Shown here: in pieces, positions 18,850 through 28,749 of the stretch
Position numbering within the stretch: position 1 is the first letter of the stretch
Layout of the letters: each line of letters opens with the position of its first letter
DNA from: an uncultured delta proteobacterium
Lineage (GTDB): Bacteria > Desulfobacterota > Binatia > Binatales > Binataceae
Assembly: GCA_963808235.1 (NCBI GenBank)
Contig: CAWEEQ010000004.1
Span: 64,001-128,000 of the forward strand
Reading direction: 5' to 3'
DNA: 64,000 nucleotides
Translations under genes and position numbers: made by a program
The notes under the pieces: generated by a model
Databases searched by the model: none
What the model was told of the DNA's origin: nothing
The model's input: only the letters and a program-made list of their open reading frames with translations

Positions 18850-19145
18850 CACCCCGAAGCTTACCTTGACGTTATGCTTGCGCCGGTCGGCAACCCGCGA
18901 GATCGAATCGCCATTGCCTACATGACCATCGACGCTCGCTGTGATAGCACCTTTGCCGCCGGCACCATTCAAGACAATGTGGTAGATGCTATTACCAAAT
19001 CGATAGCCAATCGTGAACGATTTCCATTCCCGCGGAACGCACGGCGCGATATTCAATCTGCCATCGATTAGTCCAGACCAAGTAGTGACTCTAATATAGC
19101 CCGATACCTCCATCCCGCAGAACCTGTATACCAAGTCCAGCTTCG
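18850..19145 (-). pseudogene. Remnant C-terminus of GH94 (NdvB/cellobiose phosphorylase-like) gene
   Basis: WTWYTGSAGWRYRAILESLLGL then shifted frame LNIAPCVPREWKSFTIGYRFG. Confidence 0.8.
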
Positions 19146-19349
19146 TTGATCTGGATACCAAAGAAGAAGGGACCGGAAAATTCTCCACGGAGGGAGTACT
19201 CGGGGCAGATCGAGCGCCACTACCAGGTAGAAAACTTGACCTCTGAATTCGTCTGAATCCGCCGTTGCAGGTGAGACGCATATAGAAGAGTCACCCTTAG
19301 TTCGAGAGCATCGCTGGATGAACGATGCGGTGAGCTGTCTGCCATACGA

Positions 19350-19365
19350 TGGCACGCGCGTTGCT
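19350..19365 (+). promoter_or_regulatory. sigma-54 promoter
   Basis: TGGCAC-GCGCG-TTGCT, perfect consensus. Confidence 0.85.
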
Positions 19366-19440
19366 CAGAATTAGATGAAGGCCGACGCAAGTTCCCTTGA
19401 TTGTCGGCCGCCAAATGCTGAATTCCGGAGGTCAGTAAAC

Positions 19441-19842
19441 ATGAGAACTCAGGCGTTGCTGTTCTCCGCATCGCTTATCGCGAGCGCCATGATTGTTCCG
19501 GTCGGAATCGGATCTGCCCACGCGCAGACTGCCGCGGAAAACGTCGCCGTGGACAACAGCGCTCGAAATCAACGTGACCGCGATCGTCAGAATCTCACTC
19601 CCTTCGATCAATCCAACAAGCCAGCGGATCTGGAGCTCAGCAGAAATATTCGCCGCGCGCTGATGAAGGAAGACCATCTTTCTACCGAGGCGAAGAATAT
19701 CAAGATCATCACGATAGACGGCGCGGTAACCTTGCGCGGGCCGGTCAAGACCGATCAGGAGAAAGCCGCGATCATGTCCAGGGCGGTTGAGGTCGCCGGG
19801 ACCTCCAATGTTCACAACGAGCTACAGGTCGAAGGGCAATAG
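19441..19842 (+). CDS. BON domain protein
   Basis: DNSARNQRDR..TPFDQSN..KNIKIITIDGAVTLRGPV. Confidence 0.9.
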   Translation: MRTQALLFSASLIASAMIVPVGIGSAHAQTAAENVAVDNSARNQRDRDRQNLTPFDQSNKPADLELSRNIRRALMKEDHLSTEAKNIKIITIDGAVTLRGPVKTDQEKAAIMSRAVEVAGTSNVHNELQVEGQ

Positions 19843-19878
19843 TCAGTACGGCGCTGGCAGCACTACGGAGATACTCAC

Positions 19879-20394
19879 ATGGTCAAAGCAGTTATCTGTA
19901 TCGCGAAGAATGAAGATCAGGCAGTAAGAATAGTCGATCAACTGAAGGCGGCTGGTTTTTCGAACAATGACGTATCGGTGCTGCTGCCGGATCGCGCGGG
20001 CACTCGGGACTTCGCGCACGAACAGCATACCAAGGCGCCCGAAGGTGCGACGGCTGGAGCAGTCGTCGGCGGACTGGCGGCTGGGGCCCTTGGATGGTTG
20101 GTAGGTATTGGAACGCTGGCGATTCCGGGCGTCGGCCCGTTCATCGCTGCGGGTCCGATCATGGCGGCGCTCGGCGGAGCGGCTGCCGGCGGCGCGGTCG
20201 GTGGAGTCGCAGGCGCGCTGATTGGTTTCGGAATCCCTGAATACGAAGCCAAGCAATACGAAGGCAAGGTCAAGAACGGAAATATACTGATTTCTGTTCA
20301 TACCGAAGATAGCAGGCAGCGCAACACCGCCAAGGATATTTTCGAGCGCTCGCAAGCGACCGATATTTCCTATACCGGCGAAGCGCGCGTTTAA
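19879..20394 (+). CDS. General stress protein (YflT/DUF3341-like, glycine zipper)
   Basis: KAPEGATAG..LAIPGVGPFIAAGP..GIPEYEAKQYE. Confidence 0.85.
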   Translation: MVKAVICIAKNEDQAVRIVDQLKAAGFSNNDVSVLLPDRAGTRDFAHEQHTKAPEGATAGAVVGGLAAGALGWLVGIGTLAIPGVGPFIAAGPIMAALGGAAAGGAVGGVAGALIGFGIPEYEAKQYEGKVKNGNILISVHTEDSRQRNTAKDIFERSQATDISYTGEARV

Positions 20395-20506
20395 TGCGAT
20401 TCGTTCGCAACACCGCTACTTCGATTGCTCTCGGTCGCCGGACAAACACCGTCGCCTGAGAGCACTTTCCTATCATCCTTGATTGCGTCGGTGCCGGAGA
20501 GGCTCT

Positions 20507-22402
20507 ATGGAAGAAGTCACCGAAACCGACAAGCAGGGCGCAGAGACCGACGCGAAGTCAGTTCCGATCGACGCAGAGGGGGAAGCTCAGTTCGCGCTGA
20601 TCTGGGCAGCCGCACCGATCGTCGCATTCCTGATCGCGACCGCGGCGCTCTATGCGGGACGGGAGGTGCTTCTGCCGTTGGCGATGGCAGTCATTCTCGG
20701 AGTCATTTTCAGCCCGGTCGCGACTCGTCTCGAACGTTATGTCGGCCCCCTGCTGAGCGCGGCGATTGTAGTATTCCTGGTGGTCGGGCTACTGGCCGCA
20801 ATGGTCTATTTTCTAACTATTGAGCTGACTACTGTCGCGGATCACGTCGCTGGATACTCAGACAACATAGGCAATAAGCTGGCGGCACTGGAAAAGACCA
20901 CGCCAGCGTGGCTGCAGCACATACAAGGTGCGGTCGCCGACGTAGAGCGGCGACTGAACCGTGCGAATCCGCCGCAACGTCCCGCGAAAGGAGTGGTGCA
21001 GGCACTACCGATGCCCGCATCGCTCAGCGAAAATCTGAAACCAGTTTTTCCGGTGCTCGGCGGGATCGTTAATTTTCTGCTGGTCGTCACGCTGCTGTTT
21101 TTTTTGCTTTACAGCAGGCGCGATCTTCGCGATCGAATCGTCAGATTGGCTGCCAGAGCGCGTATCACTCTTGCGGCAGAGGCTATCGAAACCGCTGGAC
21201 AGACCGTCGGCCGCTACCTCCTGCTTTTCTCGCTGACCAACCTTGCGTTCGGTATCGCAACTGGAACCGTGGTCTGGCTGATCGGCCTGCCGAGCGCGGA
21301 GCTATGGGGACTGCTCGCATTTCTGCTCCGATTCATCCCCTACGTGGGCGCGATGACCTCGGCGGTTTTGCCTGCGCTCGTTGCGTTCGCGCTGTTTCCC
21401 GGGTGGACAAAGTCACTTGAGATTCTGGGAGCGTTTCTGATTCTGGATCAGCTTGCGTCCCAACTTGTCGAACCATTTGTAATTGGCCGTGGGGTCGGCG
21501 TGTCGCCAGTGGCCCTGCTGATTTCCGCTATGTACTGGTCATGGCTATGGGGATTGCCGGGATTACTACTCGCAACACCATTGACTGCGTGCCTTAAAGT
21601 AGCGGGCGACTACATTCCCGCATTAGGGTTTCTGGCTATTCTGCTCGGCGCCGATAGAGTACTTGATGACTATAACGACTTTTATCGCATGCTGCTGGAG
21701 CTCGATCCGGAGGGCGCGCGTAAGCTTGCGATTCGATATTGCGATGAACATGGTCTGGAATCGACGTTCGACGACGTCCTGGTTCCGGCGCTGCTCCTGA
21801 TGGGCAAGGAACGCGCCGAGGATCATATCAGCCAGGAAAACCAGCAGCTCATCGTTGACACCGCCTGTGCGCTGGTTGCGGAGTTGGGAAATCGACTCGA
21901 GCGTCCGCGCCATCCGCCGAGCGCGCGTGTGCTGGGCGTGGTCGCTCCGGGAGAAATCCACACTTTCGGATTGTTGATGGTTCTCGAGTTGTTGCGTCGC
22001 GATGGAGTCGCGGCAAACTTCGCCGGTACAGACAAACCAGTCGCCGAGCTGTGCGATCTCGTGAAGCGTTTCACGCCAGATTTCATTTTCATTTCGTGCA
22101 CGACGCTCGAACAGTTGCCCGCCGCGCTGGAATTTGCCGGTTGGGTGAAGACCAATTCATCGCGGGTAACGATGCTTGCCGGCGGCCCGGGCGCACTTTC
22201 GGAACCCGCGCAGCTAATCGCAGCCGGATGCGCCGAAGTCTGCGCGGGTCGTGGCGCAGGCCTGCGTGCGGTAAGGCGGTACGTTTTGCGACGGGCGCGT
22301 TCGCGATTTCCCGGGGCGCGGTTGATTCCCGGCTTCGCGCTGGAGCCCGGGGTCGGAGTGTCCGAGACCGATACTGCGAGCGGCGCCGGTCCCCGCGCCT
22401 AG
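20507..22402 (+). CDS. AI-2E family transporter with C-terminal B12-binding-like domains
   Basis: LRFIPYVG, WLWGLPGLLLATPLT; C-terminal helical cap and GEIHTFGL Rossmann. Confidence 0.88.
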   Translation: MEEVTETDKQGAETDAKSVPIDAEGEAQFALIWAAAPIVAFLIATAALYAGREVLLPLAMAVILGVIFSPVATRLERYVGPLLSAAIVVFLVVGLLAAMVYFLTIELTTVADHVAGYSDNIGNKLAALEKTTPAWLQHIQGAVADVERRLNRANPPQRPAKGVVQALPMPASLSENLKPVFPVLGGIVNFLLVVTLLFFLLYSRRDLRDRIVRLAARARITLAAEAIETAGQTVGRYLLLFSLTNLAFGIATGTVVWLIGLPSAELWGLLAFLLRFIPYVGAMTSAVLPALVAFALFPGWTKSLEILGAFLILDQLASQLVEPFVIGRGVGVSPVALLISAMYWSWLWGLPGLLLATPLTACLKVAGDYIPALGFLAILLGADRVLDDYNDFYRMLLELDPEGARKLAIRYCDEHGLESTFDDVLVPALLLMGKERAEDHISQENQQLIVDTACALVAELGNRLERPRHPPSARVLGVVAPGEIHTFGLLMVLELLRRDGVAANFAGTDKPVAELCDLVKRFTPDFIFISCTTLEQLPAALEFAGWVKTNSSRVTMLAGGPGALSEPAQLIAAGCAEVCAGRGAGLRAVRRYVLRRARSRFPGARLIPGFALEPGVGVSETDTASGAGPRA

Positions 22403-22426
22403 ACTCCTTACCCTTTCCAGCTACGG

Positions 22427-22457
22427 TTGACACGATCTCCATGTGCATTATATTGCA
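22427..22457 (+). promoter_or_regulatory. sigma-70 promoter with BzdR/BoxR-type operator
   Basis: TTGACA-16-TATATT; TGCA-N6-TGCA (22444-22457) over the -10. Confidence 0.7.
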
Positions 22458-22471
22458 CCTTGGGCGAAACA

Positions 22472-23383
22472 ATGACACGCGGTTCAAAAGTTGGCGGACT
22501 ACTGGCCGAAGACCGTGGCCGGCGCACGATCGCTCCCGCCAACTACTTGAAGATGCTTGGCGAGCGAGTGCGCAATGCTCGTTCCCGGCATGGGATGACA
22601 CGGCGAATGCTGGCGCGGGACTCGGGAATTTCGGAGCGATACCTTGCGGAGCTGGAGAGCGGCCGCGGCAATTTTTCGATTGCGCTGCTGCGAAAAGTTG
22701 CCAGTGCGATCGATGTGCCAGTCTCGGATCTGGTCACCGACGATTCGCCACGACCGGTCGAGTATTCGTTGCTGGTCGAACGGCTCCGGCGTTTCGAGGC
22801 TCGAGAACTCGCCGAAGCTTCGAGGATGCTCGCCGAGCGTTTCGGCGATCGCAGCCGCCGGATGGACCGGGTCGCTCTGATCGGGCTTCGCGGCGCCGGC
22901 AAGAGTACGCTCGGAACGCTGCTGGCACGGCATCTTGGCTGGTCGTTTGTCGAGCTGAGCCGCGAAATCGAAATCGAAGCGGGCGTCAAAGTGGACGAAA
23001 TCTTCGACCTCTGGGGGCAGGCGGCTTACCGGCGCTACGAGCGCCGCGCGCTCGAACGTATCGCTCGATCGCGGACCAAAGTTGTGTTGGCGACTGGAGG
23101 CGGACTGGTTTCCGAGCCGGCTACATTCGAACGATTGCTGGATTCATTTTACACGGTGTGGTTGCAGGCTTCGCCCAAGGAGCATTGGGATCGGGTGATT
23201 GGCCAGGGCGATCATCGCGTCGAGGGCAGTGGCGATACCGAAGCTCTGGTGGACATGCGCCGGATACTTGCCCAGCGCGACGCGCTCTATAAGAAGGCGA
23301 ATGCAAGGCTGAACACGAGCGCCAGAACCCCGCGGCAAGCGCTCGCGGGTCTGATCGCGATCGTCGACAAGCGCCAGAATTAG
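22472..23383 (+). CDS. boxR: BzdR/BoxR regulator (XRE HTH plus shikimate-kinase-like domain)
   Basis: SGISERYLAELESGRGN; ALIGLRGAGKSTLG; upstream of boxCB. Confidence 0.92.
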   Translation: MTRGSKVGGLLAEDRGRRTIAPANYLKMLGERVRNARSRHGMTRRMLARDSGISERYLAELESGRGNFSIALLRKVASAIDVPVSDLVTDDSPRPVEYSLLVERLRRFEARELAEASRMLAERFGDRSRRMDRVALIGLRGAGKSTLGTLLARHLGWSFVELSREIEIEAGVKVDEIFDLWGQAAYRRYERRALERIARSRTKVVLATGGGLVSEPATFERLLDSFYTVWLQASPKEHWDRVIGQGDHRVEGSGDTEALVDMRRILAQRDALYKKANARLNTSARTPRQALAGLIAIVDKRQN

Positions 23384-23397
23384 AGTCGTAATCCGGC

Positions 23398-23430
23398 TTG
23401 AACTTTCCCTTATATGCATTATAATGCATA
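23398..23430 (+). promoter_or_regulatory. boxC promoter and palindromic operator
   Basis: TTGAAC-16-TATAAT; perfect palindrome TATGCATTATAATGCATA (23413-23430). Confidence 0.78.
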
Positions 23431-23449
23431 CGTTGACAGGTTGCGTAAG

Positions 23450-25088
23450 ATGATCGATTTTCGCACCGAACCCTCCAGGTATCGCCATTGGAAGCTTAAC
23501 TTTTCCGGGCCGGTGGCAACGCTCGCAATGGACGTCGATGAAAACGCGACGCTCAATCCAGGCTATGAGCTCAAGCTGAATTCCTATGATCTGGGTGTTG
23601 ATATCGAGCTGAATGATGCGGTCCAGCGCTTGCGCTTCGAGCATCCCGAGATCGAGAGCGTGATCATCGCCTCTGGCAAAGAACGCGTTTTCTGCGCCGG
23701 TGCCAATATCCGGATGCTCGGCCAGTCGAGCCATCCATTCAAAGTGAACTTCTGCAAGTTTACCAATGAAACTCGCAACGCGATCGAAGATGCGACCCGC
23801 AACTCCGGCCAGTTTTACCTGAGCGCTATCAGCGGAGCGTGCGCCGGCGGAGGCTACGAGCTCGCGCTGGCGACCGATTACATAATTATGGCCGACGATG
23901 GCTCGACCAGCGTGTCGATGCCGGAAGTGCCGCTGCTCGCGGTGCTGCCCGCCACCGGTGGATTGACGCGGCTGGTCGATAAGCGACGGGTGCGGCGCGA
24001 CCGCGCTGATTTTTTCTGCACCACCGAGGAAGGACTCAAGGGCAAACGGGCCGCTGACTGGGGCCTGGTCGATGAGATCGTTCCGCGCACGCAACTGATG
24101 GAAGTTGCGACGCGCCGGGCGCTCGAGCGAAAGCGGTCGTCTCGGCCGGCGCAGCGCGGGATTCCATTCTCTACGCTTTCGCGAACGATTGACGAACATC
24201 GTATTACCTATAGTCACTTGACGGTTGAAATCGATCGCGACAGCGCGACTGCATCGCTGACGATCGATGGTCCCCGGATTGGGCCGCCTTCCAGTTTGGA
24301 AGACGGACTTGGCGAGGACTTCTGGCCGTTGACGCTGGCCCGCGAACTCGAAGACGCGATCCTGCATCTGAGATTCAACGAGGAAACGACGAGAACGTGG
24401 ATCTTTCGCAGCCGCGGAGACTCGTCAATCGTGAAATCGTACGACGCATTTCTCACCGCGAATGCAGATGACCGGCTGGTCCGGGAGATAACGCTATACC
24501 TCAAACGGACGCTCAAGCGGCTCGACGTTAGCTCGCGCTCGCTGTTCACGCTGATTGAGCCGGGCTCATGCTTTTGCGGAACTATCCTCGAGCTTGCGTT
24601 GGCATCGGATCGCATATTCATGCTGCGCGGTTCGCGCAGCGGGAAATGAATCGGCCGCGGCTAGCATTTGTCTTACTGATATGAACTTTGGCCCGTTGCC
24701 GATGTGTAACGGCCTGACCCGCCTGGAAAGCAGATTTCTCGGCCAGCCCGAGCGGGTAGGCGAACTGCGCGGGCGAATCGGCAGCTCGATAGATTCGATA
24801 GTCGCGGAGCAACTCGGCCTGGTAACTTTCACTCCCGACGAGATCGATTGGGACGACGAAGTTCGCCTCGCGATCGAGGAACGCGCCGTATTCTCGTCCG
24901 ATGCGCTGACCGGTATGGAAGCGTCGCTGAGATTCGGCGGCCCGGAAACGATCGAATCGAAAATTTTTGCTCGCTTGTCAGCGTGGCAGAACTGGATTTT
25001 CCAGCGCCCCAACGCGGTAGGTGAAAAGGGCGCGCTGAAACTTTACGGCACCGGGGTTCGGCCGGAATTCGACCCGAGGAGAGTCTAG
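23450..25088 (+). CDS. boxC: 2,3-epoxybenzoyl-CoA dihydrolase; +1 frameshift at about 24644-24646
   Basis: YELKLNSYDLGVDIEL..; C-terminal RLSAWQNWIFQRPNAVG in next frame; extra A in GGGAAATGAA. Confidence 0.93.
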
Positions 25089-26512
25089 TGTCGATCAACT
25101 ATTCCGAACGAATCCCCAACAACGTGAGTCTTGCCGACGACCGCCGCCTGCAACGGGCGCTGGAAGCCTGGCAGCCGGGCTTCCTCCAATGGTGGAGCGA
25201 AATGGGGCCGGAGAGTTTTCAAAGTTGCGATGTATATTTGCGCACAGCGACCTCGACCGACGCGCAGGGCTGGGCGACATTTGGATACGTGAAGATGCCG
25301 GATTACAGATGGGGCATTTTCCTCGCCGAACCCGAACCGGACCGGCGCATTCCGTTCGGTGAGCATCAGGGCGAGCCGGTATGGCGCGAAGTTCCCGGCG
25401 AGCATCGTGGAGTACTCCGGCGGCTGATCGTAACCCAGGGCGATACCGAGCCGGCCTCGGTCGAGCAGCAGCGTCATCTGGGGAAGACCTGTCCATCGCT
25501 GTACGATCTGCGCAATCTATTTCAGGTGAACGTGGAAGAAGGGCGCCATCTGTGGGCCATGGTCTATCTGCTGCACGCCTACTTCGGGCGTGACGGGCGC
25601 GAAGAGGCCGACGGATTGCTGCAACGCCGTTCGGGAAACGCGGACAACCCGCGGATTTTGGGCGCCTTCAACGAGAAGACCCCCGATTGGCTGTCGTACT
25701 TCATGTTCGCGCACTTTACCGACCGTGACGGAAAGTACCAGCTCGCGAGCCTGGCGGAATCCGGCTTCGATCCGCTGGCACGGACTTGTCGTTTCATGCT
25801 GACCGAAGAGGCGCACCACCTTTTTGTCGGCGAATCGGGCGTGGGCAGAATAGTCGCCCGCACTTGCCAGCTGATGCGCGCTCACGACTGCCTGGAAGTG
25901 GGTAAATACGGCGGGATCGATCTCTCAATCATACAAAAGTATATAAACTTTCATTACTCAGTATCGCTCGATCTGTTCGGCTCCGAACTCTCGACCAACG
26001 CGGCAAATTACTTCAGCGCGGGCCTGAAAGGCCGCTTCAAGGAAGCCGATCGAGCAGACGATCACCGGCTCAAGGACAGTAGCTACTCGCTATTGAGACC
26101 CGAACGCGGATCAATTGTCTCCACCGAGCAGCCCGCGCTGCTCGCATTGAACGAGACGCTTCGCGACTCCTACATAGCCGATTGCGAACGTGCACTGGCG
26201 CGATGGAACAAGATCGTCAAAGAGGCGGAGCTTGACATCGAGCTGAAGCTGCCGCATCGGGGATTCCGGCGTTCGATCGGCGAGTTCGCCCAGGTCAGCG
26301 TGACGCCCGATGGGCAAATCATCGCGGCCGAGGAATGGCAGCGGCGCAAATCCGAGTGGATACCGAGTAAGACCGATCGCGAATTCGTCGCATCGCTGAT
26401 GAAGCCGGTGAAGACTCCGGGCGAGTTCGCCAGTTGGATCGCGCCGCCGCTACGCGGAATCAATCATCAACCGCTAGACTTCGAATTTGTAGCCGGCCTG
26501 CCCAGCGCGTAG
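25088..26512 (+). CDS. boxB: Benzoyl-CoA 2,3-epoxidase subunit B
   Basis: ERIPNNV, TQGDTEPASVEQQ, EEGRH, EEAHH di-iron motifs. Confidence 0.96.
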   Translation: MSINYSERIPNNVSLADDRRLQRALEAWQPGFLQWWSEMGPESFQSCDVYLRTATSTDAQGWATFGYVKMPDYRWGIFLAEPEPDRRIPFGEHQGEPVWREVPGEHRGVLRRLIVTQGDTEPASVEQQRHLGKTCPSLYDLRNLFQVNVEEGRHLWAMVYLLHAYFGRDGREEADGLLQRRSGNADNPRILGAFNEKTPDWLSYFMFAHFTDRDGKYQLASLAESGFDPLARTCRFMLTEEAHHLFVGESGVGRIVARTCQLMRAHDCLEVGKYGGIDLSIIQKYINFHYSVSLDLFGSELSTNAANYFSAGLKGRFKEADRADDHRLKDSSYSLLRPERGSIVSTEQPALLALNETLRDSYIADCERALARWNKIVKEAELDIELKLPHRGFRRSIGEFAQVSVTPDGQIIAAEEWQRRKSEWIPSKTDREFVASLMKPVKTPGEFASWIAPPLRGINHQPLDFEFVAGLPSA

Positions 26513-26539
26513 ATAAGCCGGAGTTCGGAGTTCAGGTAG

Positions 26540-26983
26540 CTACGACTTCGGGCCGCCATATACGTTGAGGACTTTTTGGAGGCTTGCCAAAGTTGCGCGG
26601 CTTTGCGCTAGTTGCTGCTCGATTGTTTTGCGGGTCGCGGGCAGAAAATCGTGCGCGAGAGCTTTTTCGTACTCCGCGATCACTTTCTCTTCGTCCTCGC
26701 GGCACCAATCGACTACGCCTGTATCTCCCATGCTCATGACGACGCTCAGGTCCATCGCAGTCCGATCGGCGAGACCGCTCCAGGAGCCCGACTCGTCTCC
26801 GTTTCCACCGAGCCGCTTCCGCTCGAAGGTGAGTTCATCGGCCGAGCGTTTGCGTGCAGCGGCTTGGCGATTGAAAAACTGCTCGAGCGTCGCTTTTCCA
26901 ACGTCGCTGGCCGCGCTTTGATATCGTTTTTCGCTGTCAACGCAAACTTCAATGAGATGGTCCAGGATTTCCGCAGTATTCAT
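26540..26983 (-). CDS. PA2169/DUF2383 four-helix-bundle protein
   Basis: LIEVCVDSEKRY..ESGSWSG..EEKVIAEYEKAL. Confidence 0.85.
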   Translation of the reverse strand: MNTAEILDHLIEVCVDSEKRYQSAASDVGKATLEQFFNRQAAARKRSADELTFERKRLGGNGDESGSWSGLADRTAMDLSVVMSMGDTGVVDWCREDEEKVIAEYEKALAHDFLPATRKTIEQQLAQSRATLASLQKVLNVYGGPKS

Positions 26984-27090
26984 CAGGTAGGCCTCTAAAT
27001 GGAGCTTACCCCAGATCGGCGGTCGAGGCCCGCACAATCAACCTTGACTATTCTCGGCGAACGACTTGAGCATCTCGCCGACAAATGCGG

Positions 27091-27142
27091 GGATAGCTGC
27101 TACGTGCCGTTCGTGCGCAGAACGCGACCGTGACGTGAAAGT
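27091..27142 (+). repeat. Diverged direct repeat of 30894-30946
   Basis: GCTGCtACGTGCCGTTCGtg-CgCAGAACGCGACCGTgACGT vs GCTGCcACGTGCCGTTCGcggCaCAGAACGCGACCGTtACGT. Confidence 0.8.
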
Positions 27143-27392
27143 AAGAGATAGTTGGACACTGTCCTACACAGTGGTTACTATTCACACTTAGTCCTAGCCA
27201 GCCCTTGCATTTGTTACCAAGGATCATATAAATTTCAGTGCAGTATCACGTGTGGATTTCGGGGGGTATACCGAATCCGCCGAGAAGGTGCGTGAGCGTC
27301 CGGGGCCGGGGAGTTACGGTAGAGGGGGGACGACCGTACCGTCTTGAGCAGATTCGGTTTTTGCTTTTGGAGGAGTGCTTGGGGAGTAGGGA

Positions 27393-27563
27393 TTGACAGA
27401 GCTTGGGGAAAAACTTCTGGCGCGATCTCAGGTCGCAGAAATCTTAGGTCTGAGTCTCTGCACTATCGACGCGTGGCGTGAGTCGCAGAGGGGACCTACG
27501 TTTATCCGATTCTCGCGCCGAGCGGTGCGCTATCGGTTGACCGAGGTTGAGAAGTTTATCTAA
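27393..27563 (+). CDS. AlpA/excisionase-like HTH protein (56 aa, TTG start)
   Basis: Hand translation LTELGEKLLARSQVAEILGLSLCTIDAWRESQRGPTFIRFSRRAVRYRLTEVEKFI. Confidence 0.8.
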   Translation: MTELGEKLLARSQVAEILGLSLCTIDAWRESQRGPTFIRFSRRAVRYRLTEVEKFI

Positions 27564-27959
27564 GCACATGAGGTGAGCCGACAAGAAAATAGCTGAGAAA
27601 AGATAAGCAGAAAAGACAAGGCCTTGGCCGTTTTGGACGGACGACCAAGGCGCTTGTCAAGGAAATCGGATGCCTAGAACTAGGCATGCCGCCACCACAG
27701 GGCAGCAAGTCTAGTCCCACACAGGGCCATTCGTCAACCAGCGGGCGCGGTCCGGGCGCAACCGCCACGGGAGACGTACGGCCATGACGATCGATACCTC
27801 ATAAGACAGGGCGTGTTCTATGTTGGGCAGATCAGTTCTGTCACGGCTGATCTGCCCGTAAGCAGTCTTGCGACGTTCACTGATTGTCAGGTATGTGGAC
27901 AGGATCAGAAGCGGAGAAACTTATGCCAGCAAATTGTCTTTCGTTAGCGAAATAACTCA

Positions 27960-28749
27960 GTGCTCGACCTAGAAGAATGGCGCATCCTGCTAGCGAACTG
28001 TACGTCGTGTGTTCGCAACTCAAATCTGTCCTCGCTAGACAACGTTCCCGACGCTTGGACTTTCAACCGCGCGACGAACACACACTCGGGGCCAGCTTTG
28101 ATGGGATGCTCCGATGGAAAAGAATATTGGCTTAAGGGTCGCCCCGACCAACTACGGGAAATCTTCATAGAGCAAATTGTCGGTTCTCTAGGAATTAGAC
28201 TAGGTGCGCCAGTTCCGCCCATTACACTTGTCAAGCTTCCTGAGATCGATCCGCGACCGCGAAGCTCGGATAAGCCATTTCGATGTCGGTTACGTGCACG
28301 GATCGCAGAACCAAACCGACTGCACCGATAGAATGGCTATCGCTTACGCCGATCAGCCGGAGAATCGGCCACGGTTCGCTGCAATTGCGGTGCTTTATAC
28401 GTGGACCCAAGCCAGTGACCATCAGTTTATTTACAAGAAACAAGCGCCTAATTTAGCGTTCTCGTATGACCATGGACTGTTCTGCGGTGGCGGCAACTGG
28501 AACGCCGCATCACTTGCCGCCACGCCACCGATAACGGCTCTTGACCCCGTCTTCGGGATGGTTAAACTCACCCCCGATGAGCTCTTGCCCTTTTTCGACG
28601 CATTGGAAACAATCGAATTGGTCGAACTCGCCGCTGTTATCGCGGCACCGCCCGAGTCTTGGCGTGTCTCGACGGTTGATCGAGCCGCCCTCTGCCAATA
28701 CCTGGAACGGCGACGAGAAGAACTCCTGGCAGCTGAAGCCGATCACCAA
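27960..28749 (+). CDS. HipA-like (HipA_2-type) kinase, frameshifted at about 28245, reading in-frame into DUF3037
   Basis: EYWLKG, EQIVGSLGIRLGAPVP; then WTQASDH, YDHGLF, IAAPPESW in next frame. Confidence 0.75.

Noticed and set aside
22051-24367. 413-aa (+) and 407-aa (-) ORFs
   Set aside because: Alternative-frame or antisense shadows of boxR and boxC
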